Source of the DNA: an uncultured virus (IMG/VR IMGVR_UViG_3300047547_000492)
Lineage: Duplodnaviria > Heunggongvirae > Uroviricota > Caudoviricetes
Virus record (IMG/VR): IMGVR_UViG_3300047547_000492
Length of the DNA: 64,000 bases
Direction: 5' to 3' (one strand)
The translations under genes were made by a program, and so were the position numbers. The first letter of the stretch is position 1. Every line of letters starts with the position of its first letter. Positions 9,163 to 18,404 of the stretch are shown one piece after another. The notes beneath the pieces were generated by a model. The model saw nothing but the letters and a program-made list of their open reading frames with translations, had not been told where the DNA came from and ran no database searches.

Positions 9163-10242
9163 ATGGTGATGCAGTCTGAGATGACGATCGGCGATTTTGC
9201 GGAAAAGGTGGCCGAGGTCTCTCCCATCGTGGATGCCGCGTTGAACCTGGACTGGAGGTTCTCCGTAGAGGGGTCTGGCCAGACCACCGAATTGACGTAC
9301 GGCGAAATGCCGGTCAACGCGCTGGTCACGTATCAGGCCAAGTCTGCTCTGGGAATGAACGCGGACATCACGAGGTTGAGCTCCACGCTGAAGTCTGCTC
9401 GTAGCGGCGATGAGGACAGCCTGAAGAGGTTGACCATGATCGCCGGTCTGTTCAACGGAGCCCTGGCGAACAACAGAGACATCGTCTCGAGCCACCTCAT
9501 CAGGACCTACGCCGATCAATCCGGTAGGGTCCACGTGGGCGGCTTCGTGTCGAAACAGTACTCTCCGTTGCGCCATCAGGACCTGGTGGAGGCGGTGCTC
9601 GAGGCGCCGGCGTTCAAGGACGCTAGGGTCGTGAAGTTCGACGTCAACCAGTCGCACCTGTCCGCGATGGTGTTGCTCGACGGCACGTCGTGGGAAGTGG
9701 ACGGTGGTTTGCGAGCCGGCATCACGCTGCGCAATGGTCAGTTCGGGGATAGGTCGTACGGGTATACCGCCATGCTGTTTCGGCTGCTGTGCACCAACGG
9801 AGCCATGGACGTCCACGCGAAGGAGGGTGCCACGGGGCGCCACTATGGTCTGATCGACGTGAAGTCCGACGTGGTATCCTCCCTCGAGAGGACAGACGCC
9901 CTGCACTCGAAGGTCAAGGCGGCCATGGAGACCGAGGTCGACGTGATGGGATCATTGATCGAGTTCCATCGTCGGAAACTGATGGGCCGCGGACCGCTGC
10001 GAGAGGCCGCCGATCGTCGGCGAGATCTGGGTGGTGGAGGCGAAGGTGGCAATGATGTGTGGTCGCTGTCTCAGGCGGTCTCTGCGGCGGCTCGCAGGTA
10101 TTCGTTCGGACAAGCCGAAGACCTGACGAAGCTGTCCGGCAGGATCCTGATGGACGGCGTGGACCGCATCGTCGCGTCCTCCCCTTTGCCCAAGGACGCG
10201 CCGTCCAAGGACGAGGTCATCGAGTATCTCCAGGCAGTGTGA
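9163..10242 (+). CDS. DUF932-like protein
   Basis: AAGGAGG RBS; VSKQYSPLRH and LRNGQFG...LFRLLCTNG patterns. Confidence 0.7.
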   Translation: MVMQSEMTIGDFAEKVAEVSPIVDAALNLDWRFSVEGSGQTTELTYGEMPVNALVTYQAKSALGMNADITRLSSTLKSARSGDEDSLKRLTMIAGLFNGALANNRDIVSSHLIRTYADQSGRVHVGGFVSKQYSPLRHQDLVEAVLEAPAFKDARVVKFDVNQSHLSAMVLLDGTSWEVDGGLRAGITLRNGQFGDRSYGYTAMLFRLLCTNGAMDVHAKEGATGRHYGLIDVKSDVVSSLERTDALHSKVKAAMETEVDVMGSLIEFHRRKLMGRGPLREAADRRRDLGGGGEGGNDVWSLSQAVSAAARRYSFGQAEDLTKLSGRILMDGVDRIVASSPLPKDAPSKDEVIEYLQAV

Positions 10243-10264
10243 GTCAGGTGACGTCAATTTATTA

Positions 10265-10621
10265 ATGGAGGGGTTGAACATGTGGAACAAGGTCGCCAAG
10301 GACACGCTGCCCAGGAAGGGTGAGGTGGTCATCGCGAGGCTCAAGGCTCGGTCTGCACCGATCGATGTGGACGTGAACCTGAACAGGGACAAGCACGACA
10401 AGGTGAGGGTCAGCTTGAACTGCGTGATGGCCGTGATGACCACCATCGTTGACGGCTTCGGCAACGAGTGTCCCATCGGATGGAAGGTGCTCGCTCCCAG
10501 CGCCGGTAGCGACGAGTATTGGCTCGGGACAACGGTGAGATTGGAGCTCTCGCTCACCGACATCACGGAGTGGATCTCGTTGGACCATCATTTCAGCGCA
10601 TCCGCGCTGGCCGCGAAGTAG
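10265..10621 (+). CDS. Hypothetical protein
   Basis: Open frame between DUF932-like and topoisomerase genes; likely start is ATG 10280 after GGAGG. Confidence 0.6.
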   Translation: MEGLNMWNKVAKDTLPRKGEVVIARLKARSAPIDVDVNLNRDKHDKVRVSLNCVMAVMTTIVDGFGNECPIGWKVLAPSAGSDEYWLGTTVRLELSLTDITEWISLDHHFSASALAAK

Positions 10622-10629
10622 AGCCAGAC

Positions 10630-13233
10630 GTGGCCAGAGCGTTTCATCAAAATGCGAGATGGTTCAGCCTGTTCGATCCCGCTGAATTGGTCAAACTCTG
10701 CGGCGTGCCTCAGAGCAGGTGGCCGTTGTACGTCCTCAAGGAGTTGTTGGACAACGCCTTGGCCGCGTTGGAGGACCACGCAGTCGTCAATCCGATGGTT
10801 TGGGTGGAGGTGACCCCAGAGTATGTGGCCGTGTCTGATAACGGCCCTGGGATCACCGATGCGATCCTGGACAAGGTGCTCCAATTCGAGAACTTCGGAG
10901 GATCCAACCGCCATCACAAACTTCCCACTCGAGGTGCCCAAGGCAACGCGTTCGCGACCATAGTCGGCATCGCATCGGCGTGGTCAGAATCTCCGTTCAT
11001 CGTGGTGTCCAGACCGTCGGGTCCGGAGTTGACATTGGAGATCAATGTCGACAACGTCAAGCAGGCCGTGAATATCGAAAGGATCCAGTCCGGCGGAAAT
11101 GGCAGGTCGAGGATCGAGATCCCGATTCCGACATTGCCCTGGAAGAGGGGAGGGTCGACGCTCGAGGACCTCGAAACCGTGGTCAAGACGATGAGCCACG
11201 TAAACCCCCACGTGACGTTCACGGTGACGTCGAGTGTTGGTCGGTCAGTCACCGTGTCTGAATTCGGTTCAGAGGCCGCGATGGCTGGAACACCGATGTG
11301 TGGTGCGGCGTCGTGGTTCACCAAGGAGGAGTTCGCGTCGAGACTGGCGGCTGACCTGAGGGCCAGGCCTCAGATGGAGTTGGGCGCCTGGTTGTCGGAG
11401 TTCCACGGCACGGCCAGACGATTCGTTCATCCGTGGGGGAACACAGCGTCGCTCGAGCGGCTGTTCGATGAAGTGGGCGAGGCCGTGTTCTCGGCCAAGG
11501 CTGAACAGCTGAGACAGTTCGCATTGCAGAATGCCGACGTCAAGAGATGTGATGACCCGAAATTCGCCCCTGTGGGCGAAGACAGGCTGAAGGCCTATCT
11601 GGTGGACGTGGCTGGAGCCGATCCGAACATGGATGCCCAGTACCATTCCAAGAAGGGTACGTTCGGTCCAGGCGTGCCGTTTCTGCTGGAGACCTGTCTT
11701 CTGCAGATGCCTGAAGGAGTCAAACAGGCGCCAGATCCGCTGGTCTGCATGAACCGCACCGCGTTGTACGGTCAGCCCCAGTTCAAGTCGATCGAGTGGC
11801 GTGAGAAGGTCAGAGGACCGTGGCACACCATGTCTGGAGACCTGTCGGGGTTGTCCAGAGCGTATCAGATCGACCATGGGAAAACGCCGTGCGCCGTGGT
11901 GGTTCACGTGACGTGTCCCAGCCCAGGATACTCCGGATACGGCAAACAATCATTCGACACGTCTTGGCTGGCCGAGCCCATGGCCGAGTGTTTCGAGCGG
12001 ATCACGCTCTCTGCCAGGCGGCAGCGTGCGGGCGAGATCAGGCGGAACAAGCCAGACGTGTCTGAACAGTCCATCCGAGACACCCTGTGGGAGTTGCTGC
12101 CGGGCGTTCTCGACAGAGACACCGAAGGTGGCAAGCTGCCGATCATGCTGCGCCAGTTGTATTACGGTGTACGCAAGATCTGGGCGTTGCACCACTCCAA
12201 GACCCTCGAGTACGCCACGTACTGCGCGTACGTGGACCTCTACGAGACTCAGATCGCGGGCAAGGCGATCTGCCTCAAGGACCCTCGAGGAACGCTGATC
12301 GAGCCACACTCCGGCAGGGAGTTGAGACTCGGCACTGACGCGGTGGCCAAGTACGAGCCCAAAAGATGGGAAGGCCACACCATCATCTTCTGCGAGAAGG
12401 AGCAGTTTGCACACGTCCTGAAGGCGTACGGCGTCACCAAGCGATACGACGCGATCATCGTCGGTTCGAAGGGATTCGCGGTGGAGGCCACTCGAGAGGT
12501 GCTCCAGAAGTACAGACGTCTGCTCGGAGACGTCGTGAACATCGTGGCACTCCATGACGCTGACCCGGCAGGGTACATGATCGGATATGACTTGGCCAAC
12601 AACCTGCCGAGGTTCGGCGAGAACGTGGACGTCAGGGTCATCGACGTCGGTCTGACGATCACCGAGGCTACGGCCATGGGACTTCAGGACGAACCATTCG
12701 ACCTGAAGAAGTCCGTGTGGTCCATGGTGAAGGGCATGAGAGTCAAGACCGTGACGGACCCCAATGGAAGCAAACGGCCGTTGATGGAGGACGCGGCCTG
12801 GGACTTCTTCATGCCGAAGATGCTTCGTGGAGACCAGTATCCAGACTGGGTCGCTGACCCCAAGGGTCGACGAACTGAGCTGAACGCCATGGCTCCTCGC
12901 CAATTCATCGAATGGCTTGAGACGCACCTCGACAGACACGGATGCAAGAAGGTTCGACCTCCGGACGATGTCGTCGCTGACGAGCTCAAGAAGGCTCGTG
13001 AGAACAAGATCAAGAACGAGGTCGGGGCCTACCTGATGGAGATCATGGGTGGAGACGCAGTACTCGAGATCATACGTCAGGTAGGAGTGCCATCGTTTGA
13101 CCTGGACAAGGTTCTCGAAGCCAAGCCTGAGCAGTCGTGGGCCTACCTGACCGAGAGGGCTGGCCAGACCGGCATGGATCTGAGGCCGCTGCTCGACAGG
13201 GTGATCGGTGACAAACTGAGAGGTGGCAAGTGA
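10630..13233 (+). CDS. Fused type IIB topoisomerase (TopoVI-B GHKL ATPase + TopoVI-A/Spo11 WHD-TOPRIM), Topo VIII-like
   Basis: KELLDNA, DNGPGI, RGAQGNA, transducer GYGKQ, catalytic LRQLYY, TOPRIM CEKE, GSKGF, HDADPAG. Confidence 0.85.
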   Translation: MARAFHQNARWFSLFDPAELVKLCGVPQSRWPLYVLKELLDNALAALEDHAVVNPMVWVEVTPEYVAVSDNGPGITDAILDKVLQFENFGGSNRHHKLPTRGAQGNAFATIVGIASAWSESPFIVVSRPSGPELTLEINVDNVKQAVNIERIQSGGNGRSRIEIPIPTLPWKRGGSTLEDLETVVKTMSHVNPHVTFTVTSSVGRSVTVSEFGSEAAMAGTPMCGAASWFTKEEFASRLAADLRARPQMELGAWLSEFHGTARRFVHPWGNTASLERLFDEVGEAVFSAKAEQLRQFALQNADVKRCDDPKFAPVGEDRLKAYLVDVAGADPNMDAQYHSKKGTFGPGVPFLLETCLLQMPEGVKQAPDPLVCMNRTALYGQPQFKSIEWREKVRGPWHTMSGDLSGLSRAYQIDHGKTPCAVVVHVTCPSPGYSGYGKQSFDTSWLAEPMAECFERITLSARRQRAGEIRRNKPDVSEQSIRDTLWELLPGVLDRDTEGGKLPIMLRQLYYGVRKIWALHHSKTLEYATYCAYVDLYETQIAGKAICLKDPRGTLIEPHSGRELRLGTDAVAKYEPKRWEGHTIIFCEKEQFAHVLKAYGVTKRYDAIIVGSKGFAVEATREVLQKYRRLLGDVVNIVALHDADPAGYMIGYDLANNLPRFGENVDVRVIDVGLTITEATAMGLQDEPFDLKKSVWSMVKGMRVKTVTDPNGSKRPLMEDAAWDFFMPKMLRGDQYPDWVADPKGRRTELNAMAPRQFIEWLETHLDRHGCKKVRPPDDVVADELKKARENKIKNEVGAYLMEIMGGDAVLEIIRQVGVPSFDLDKVLEAKPEQSWAYLTERAGQTGMDLRPLLDRVIGDKLRGGK

Positions 13234-13424
13234 CGGATGATGAAATGGGTGGTGTCGTGTGTCCTGCGTGTGGTGGCGAAATGTTCCACTTCGGAATCTG
13301 GTCGTGCACCAGGTGCGGATGGGATGCCGGTGAACAGATCGAGGCCGAGGTCTACGGTGTTCAGGACGCTCGAGAACCCGATGAGAGCGAGGTCATGGAT
13401 GAGGATGACGGGGAGATCGATTGA
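13230..13424 (+). CDS. Small Zn-ribbon protein with acidic tail
   Basis: CPAC...CTRC and a D/E-rich C-terminus; overlaps neighbours by 4 nt. Confidence 0.6.
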   Translation: MTDDEMGGVVCPACGGEMFHFGIWSCTRCGWDAGEQIEAEVYGVQDAREPDESEVMDEDDGEID

Positions 13425-13723
13425 ATCAGGTCCATGACGTCAAGTGTCCGGTCCACGGATCGTCCATGCATCATAGCGTGACGTTTGAAACGTACGCCTG
13501 TCAGGACCAGGCGTGTATCTACGCCCACGGCGTCACACTGGGGCGCATGATAGAGGATGCCGTCGGTGAGGTCACCAGATTGAGAACCAAGGCCAACGCC
13601 GCGTTTCAGATCATGGTGGACGCCGACTACGCCCACATGAAGTCCGTCGAAACGTTGACCAGGCTCAGCGGCGTTCAAGACATGATCGAGAGACACAATT
13701 TTAGAACGAGAGGACATCGATGA
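13421..13723 (+). CDS. Small hypothetical protein (Cys/His-rich N-terminus)
   Basis: CPVH...CQDQAC; coupled start and stop. Confidence 0.55.
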   Translation: MNQVHDVKCPVHGSSMHHSVTFETYACQDQACIYAHGVTLGRMIEDAVGEVTRLRTKANAAFQIMVDADYAHMKSVETLTRLSGVQDMIERHNFRTRGHR

Positions 13724-14292
13724 CGTGGATCCAGACCAGAAGCGGAACTGCCCTCAATCTGATCGACCCTCAGCCCAATCAGGTGGTGGTCGACGACATC
13801 GCTCATTCTCTGTCCCAGCTGTGCAGGTTCAACGGGCACACCAAGCGCCACTACAGCGTGGCGGAGCACTGCGTTCTGATCGCTTGGCATCTTCGGGAAA
13901 AGGGCCGTTCGCCCGTCATCCAGCTCGACGGTCTGCTTCACGACGCCAGAGAGGCCTACATCGGCGATATCACTTGGCCGATGCAGCAGGCTCTCGGAAT
14001 GTCGTTCCGAGCCAGGTACAAGGAGATCAGCAACAAGATCCATGAGGCGATCTTGTCCAAGCTCGGCCTGTCTGACATCATCGCGCTGCGCACCGAATCT
14101 CACATCGTGAAGATGGCAGACCTCGGGATTCTCATCGACGAACGTGACGAGCTGCTCGGGCCACCACCACGAGCGTGGGAGTGCGAGGATCTGGGACCGA
14201 TCGGCGCCAAGCCGGTGGGATGGGATCCAGACACGGCGAAGACCATGTGGCTCATCGCACTCGATGAACTCCTGAAGGAGGTGAGGGCGTGA
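13720..14292 (+). CDS. HD-domain 5'-deoxynucleotidase (YfbR-like)
   Basis: RFNGH, YSVAEHC, LLHDAREAYIGD and KMAD motifs. Confidence 0.88.
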   Translation: MTWIQTRSGTALNLIDPQPNQVVVDDIAHSLSQLCRFNGHTKRHYSVAEHCVLIAWHLREKGRSPVIQLDGLLHDAREAYIGDITWPMQQALGMSFRARYKEISNKIHEAILSKLGLSDIIALRTESHIVKMADLGILIDERDELLGPPPRAWECEDLGPIGAKPVGWDPDTAKTMWLIALDELLKEVRA

Positions 14293-15839
14293 GTTCGATC
14301 TGGTCCGACTACGTCCCTGAGTTCGGCCTCAGGCCTCAGCAGTCAGACGCGTTGGACCAGGTCTGGTCGGCGTATGAGCGCGGAGTCGAAACGGTGATGC
14401 TCGAGGCGCCGACTGGCGTTGGCAAGTCGATCGTCCAGATCGCGATCTGCAGAAGGATGTTGGCCGAAAGGGGAGTCAGGTCGTTCATCGTCACTCCACA
14501 ACGCGCTCTTCAGGACCAGCTGAGGGCGTGGACCGATCTGGCGATCATGAAGGGCAGGGCCGCCTACAAGTGCTCGTTGCTAGACGACGGAACGACGGCC
14601 GCGATGGCTCCGTGCACGGAATCTGGAGCCATTCGGGACGAACATCCGGAGTGCTCAGACAAGCGGTGTCCGTTCTATTCTGCGCTCACCAGGGCCGTCG
14701 CCACGCCGATCGTCGTGCACAATTACATGAGCCTCCTGTCACAGGCATACATGGTTCAGCACTTCTCTCCCAGAGGATTGCTGTGCATGGATGAGGGACA
14801 CACCGCTGCGGGGTGGGTCAGGAACTTCGGCACGTTCGAACTGACGTATGAACAGGTGGAGGAACTCGGATGTGGCGATCCTGAGTCTCAGATCCCTGAG
14901 AGGTTCATGCGATGGTTCTCGGACTCCATCAGGGCCATGGACGTTTTGCCAACCGGTCTCAGCGACCAGTTGAAGCTTACGGTCATGCGAGCCATGGCGT
15001 TCAAGTCCATGCTGCCGTTGGACGGAGAATCCGACGTGCCATGGACGGCCATCAAGGATGATCACGAACAGTCATGGTCTGTCATACCTCTGAAGACGTC
15101 CAAGATGTCGGGGATCCTGACGAGGCTTGGTGACAAGAAGATGATCGTGACTGCGACCGTGTTGGACAAGCGATTGATGGGAGCCGAACTGGGTCTCACG
15201 GATGCGAATAGCGTTCTGGTGAGGATCTCGTCAGCGTTCGACCCGAAAAACAGACCGGTCGTGAAGCGCTATGTGGGCAGCATGAGCGCTTCCAAGGCCA
15301 AGTTCAACGAACACAAGCTCATCAACGAGATCGTGAAGATCGCGAATCGTCACAGGGACGAGCCGGGACTGATTCACACCGTCAGCCACCGGATGTCCAA
15401 GATGGTTGTGGAATCCATTCGACCGCAGATCCAGAATAGGTCTGTCGAATGTCTTCCGTTCGGATCGGACAGGGATGAAGCGATCAGGTCGTTTCTGTCT
15501 GGAGGGATGGGACCCAACGCGATCCTCGTTGGACCGTCGATGATGGAAGGACTCGACGGAAAAGACGACAGCTGCAGATGGCAGGTCATGGCCAAGGTGC
15601 CGTGGCCATCCATGGGGGATCCCGTGGTATCCATGCTCATGGCCAACAAAGGCGATGCGTTGAAGTGGGCCAACGCCTGGTACACCTGGAAGACGGCGCA
15701 GCAGACCGTCCAGGGCATCGGAAGGGTGTGCAGAACGCCCAACGACCACGGGGTCACGTACCTGCTGGACAGCGGATTTCAGCGGATACTCGACAGTGGA
15801 TACGTGCCACAATACGTGTTGGACGCATTGCGCAGCTGA
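14289..15839 (+). CDS. DinG/XPD-like SF2 helicase
   Basis: Q motif LRPQQ, APTGVGKS, four Cys in the FeS-cluster region, DEGH, TAT, QGIGRVCR. Confidence 0.88.
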   Translation: MSSIWSDYVPEFGLRPQQSDALDQVWSAYERGVETVMLEAPTGVGKSIVQIAICRRMLAERGVRSFIVTPQRALQDQLRAWTDLAIMKGRAAYKCSLLDDGTTAAMAPCTESGAIRDEHPECSDKRCPFYSALTRAVATPIVVHNYMSLLSQAYMVQHFSPRGLLCMDEGHTAAGWVRNFGTFELTYEQVEELGCGDPESQIPERFMRWFSDSIRAMDVLPTGLSDQLKLTVMRAMAFKSMLPLDGESDVPWTAIKDDHEQSWSVIPLKTSKMSGILTRLGDKKMIVTATVLDKRLMGAELGLTDANSVLVRISSAFDPKNRPVVKRYVGSMSASKAKFNEHKLINEIVKIANRHRDEPGLIHTVSHRMSKMVVESIRPQIQNRSVECLPFGSDRDEAIRSFLSGGMGPNAILVGPSMMEGLDGKDDSCRWQVMAKVPWPSMGDPVVSMLMANKGDALKWANAWYTWKTAQQTVQGIGRVCRTPNDHGVTYLLDSGFQRILDSGYVPQYVLDALRS

Positions 15840-15925
15840 TCGAACGTTCGAGTCACCTGTCTGCTGGAACGGCCCCACGGTCTGGTTACCTTAGATCGTG
15901 GGTATTGTAGTCTTCGGAGGTTGGC

Positions 15926-16801
15926 TTGAAGTTCGTCCGAATCGATGGAAGGATCCGACTCGTCAACGCCGAGGTCGGTCGTTCAGCGGGACACGTGGAC
16001 GTGGAGATCGTCGCTGGATCCCGTGAGGTCAAGGGTGTCGCCGGCAAGGCTCCGGGTCCGGGATGGCGGAAGGATCCCTCGAGGCCGAGAGGATGGATCA
16101 AGACCACCTCCGTGGTGGAAGTCGTGACGGTCCTGGCTTCCCAGATCTTCGAGTCGGAGGACTGGCCGTCAGGACTTCGACGCAACAAGTTCACCGTCGA
16201 TGAACTGGCGGAAGCCGTCAAGTCGGTCGTCGAACGTGGAACCCACGCGTCTGGATCCCTCGGAAAGCGCCAGGCGCCGTGTCTGACGCTGAACTCCGTC
16301 GAGGCTCAGATCAAGGGCGCCGGACTCGCGATGCCGACCGAAGAGGAACTCAAGGAGGCGGTCGAACTCGCCTGGAGCGGCGGCAGAGCTCCGGCTCTGA
16401 AGCGCAAGCCGACCCAGGTCGCGGCCAAGGGCAGGGAGATCATCCCCGAGCAGCCGCCCGTCGAGCAGCCGCCCGTCGAGCAGCCGCCCGTCGAGCAGCC
16501 GCCCGTCGAGCAGCCGCCCGTCGAGCAGCCGCCCGTCGAGCAGCCGCCCGTCGAGCAGCCGTTCCCCGCTGGAACCGTTGGGTTCGCGGGAGTTCCAGAG
16601 GGATGCTTCTGGAGTTCTGCTCTCAAGTGCGTTCTGCCCAACAACGATGAAGGTGTCCTGATGCATTCGGCGGCCCTCAAGGGATGGCCGGCCGAATCGA
16701 TGGTCGACGCCAAGAAGACGGTCAAGGGTGCGTTCGGGTACAACCTGACGTTCATGGCCAAGACCCAGTTCGATATGAAGAAGCACCAGAAGAAGGCCTG
16801 A
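15926..16801 (+). CDS. Hypothetical protein with (EQPPV)n linker
   Basis: GGAGG RBS before TTG; repeat is in frame. Confidence 0.7.
   Translation: MKFVRIDGRIRLVNAEVGRSAGHVDVEIVAGSREVKGVAGKAPGPGWRKDPSRPRGWIKTTSVVEVVTVLASQIFESEDWPSGLRRNKFTVDELAEAVKSVVERGTHASGSLGKRQAPCLTLNSVEAQIKGAGLAMPTEEELKEAVELAWSGGRAPALKRKPTQVAAKGREIIPEQPPVEQPPVEQPPVEQPPVEQPPVEQPPVEQPPVEQPFPAGTVGFAGVPEGCFWSSALKCVLPNNDEGVLMHSAALKGWPAESMVDAKKTVKGAFGYNLTFMAKTQFDMKKHQKKA
16448..16561 (+). repeat. 15-bp tandem repeat GAGCAGCCGCCCGTC, 7 full copies plus a partial
   Basis: Direct reading. Confidence 0.97.
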
Positions 16802-16804
16802 CAT

Positions 16805-17680
16805 ATGAGCGTGCCGGAGCTACGATTCTACGAGGCGATAGTGATGAACGGGGCTCCGGATCCCGAACTGCCTGGCCATTTGTCGGTCATGATCCCAGGA
16901 TTGTACGGCGCCAACGAGGTGCCGGTCCTCGTGCCGCCTCTGTATCCAGGATGTCACGCCGGAGGTTGGCAGTCCAATCCCACAGAGGTGAATCCAGACG
17001 ACCCAGATGGAGGGCTCGAGGGGAATCCACCGAGGGTGACCGTGGTTCAGTTCGGATATGAGTCGTTCTTTTGGATCGGCACGTCTCAGGCCTGGGATTT
17101 CATCTCGGCCAAACCTGGCAAGAGGGCTGGGGCCAGATCGGGAGATGGCCGTCACTCAGTGTACATCGACGATGAGCTGGGCGTGTACATCACCGCCGGG
17201 TCAGATTCCGAGGAAGAGACCAGAAATTTCATCGGTGTCGGAACTGACGACACGGTACAGATGAGGAACGCCACCGGTGGAATGGCATCGATATCCACCA
17301 ACCAGGCTCTCCTGATGAGCCCCGGTGGAGACGTTCTCTGCATGGACGACAACGGTGTGCTCCTGCTCCACAGGGGCGGATTGGCGGGTCTCTCCCTGAG
17401 AAACGGAGATCTGGCTGCGCTCAACGCCAAGGCCGCCCAGATCAACGCCGGCACCATAGAGCTTGGAGGGGGATCTGCGCCACCCATCCATCCGTACATG
17501 CTCACCCTCGAATTCTTGGCCGATATGCTGACCGTGCTAACCGATGTGATCGCCATCGGAGCCGCCATACCGACTCTGACGGCCTACGTCGCCACTAACG
17601 CTACGACCATGGCATCGAAGATCGGAACTTCTCTGAGCACCGGTGCCCCGTATCTCTCGAAGAGGATCAAGGGGGACTGA
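16805..17680 (+). CDS. Baseplate central spike (gpV/gp5-like)
   Basis: N-terminal OB-fold-like DPELPGHLSVMIPGLYG followed by a beta-rich region; lies upstream of gp25-like and J-like genes. Confidence 0.65.
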   Translation: MSVPELRFYEAIVMNGAPDPELPGHLSVMIPGLYGANEVPVLVPPLYPGCHAGGWQSNPTEVNPDDPDGGLEGNPPRVTVVQFGYESFFWIGTSQAWDFISAKPGKRAGARSGDGRHSVYIDDELGVYITAGSDSEEETRNFIGVGTDDTVQMRNATGGMASISTNQALLMSPGGDVLCMDDNGVLLLHRGGLAGLSLRNGDLAALNAKAAQINAGTIELGGGSAPPIHPYMLTLEFLADMLTVLTDVIAIGAAIPTLTAYVATNATTMASKIGTSLSTGAPYLSKRIKGD

Positions 17681-18057
17681 TGAGCCTCTGCAGGGTGCCT
17701 CAGATCCCGATCCCCAGTCTGAACGTCGACCTGCCGATCCCCGATCTGCCGCCCATCCCATCGATCCCGGTGTTGAACATCGAGCTGAAGTGCCCCCTCG
17801 AGGACCAGAGCCTCTGCAGGGTGCCTCAGATCCCGATCCCCAGTCTGAACGTCGACCTGCCGATCCCCGATCTGCCGCCCATCCCATCGATCCCGGTGTT
17901 GAACATCGAGCTGAAGTGCCCCCTCGAGGACCAGAGCCTCTGCAGGGTGCCTCAGATCCCGATCCCCAGTCTGAACGTCGACCTGCCGATCCCCGATCTG
18001 CCGCCCATCCCATCGATCCCCGTGTTGAACATCGAGCTGAAGTGCCCCCTCGATTAG
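17680..18057 (+). CDS. Pro/Ile-rich protein made of three 42-aa repeats
   Basis: TGATG-coupled to the spike gene; unit SLCRVPQIPIPSLNVDLPIPDLPPIPSIPVLNIELKCPLEDQ. Confidence 0.65.
   Translation: MSLCRVPQIPIPSLNVDLPIPDLPPIPSIPVLNIELKCPLEDQSLCRVPQIPIPSLNVDLPIPDLPPIPSIPVLNIELKCPLEDQSLCRVPQIPIPSLNVDLPIPDLPPIPSIPVLNIELKCPLD
17682..18052 (+). repeat. 126-bp tandem repeat x3
   Basis: Copies appear identical except one synonymous CCG/CCC difference in copy 3. Confidence 0.95.
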
Positions 18058-18066
18058 GAGGTCGCC

Positions 18067-18393
18067 GTGAGAACCATGGAATGGCCGCCCGTGATCAAGA
18101 ACGGTCGACTGGGATACGTGGATGGCAAGGAGGCGGCCGGTGTCATCATTCTGATGACGGTCAGCGACCTGTCGCAGAACCCGTTCAATTCTGAGGACCT
18201 CTCACTCGGAGACATCACCTTTCGAGTACAATCCAGCAACAGGTCCCGCATCGAGAACGCCCTGAGGCGTCTCAGTCCGATCATATCGATAGAAGCGATA
18301 CACGAGACGAGGGGCGAGGACGGTTCAGATGAATACCAGGTGATCTACGTCGACAGAGAGTCCAGAGCTCAAGGATCCATACGAGTGACCTGA
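18067..18393 (+). CDS. gp25/W-like baseplate wedge subunit
   Basis: About 108 aa with RIENALRRL helix; sits between the spike and J-like genes. Confidence 0.6.
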   Translation: MRTMEWPPVIKNGRLGYVDGKEAAGVIILMTVSDLSQNPFNSEDLSLGDITFRVQSSNRSRIENALRRLSPIISIEAIHETRGEDGSDEYQVIYVDRESRAQGSIRVT

Positions 18394-18404
18394 GGGAGGT
18401 TGCG

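Noticed and set aside
13720..14292. DatZ of a 2-aminoadenine (Z-genome) system
   Set aside because: No PurZ or MazZ-like gene in the window; the other evidence points to cytosine modification.
17682..18052. Diversity-generating retroelement TR/VR pair
   Set aside because: Copies are adjacent, show no adenine-specific mismatches, and no reverse transcriptase is in the window.
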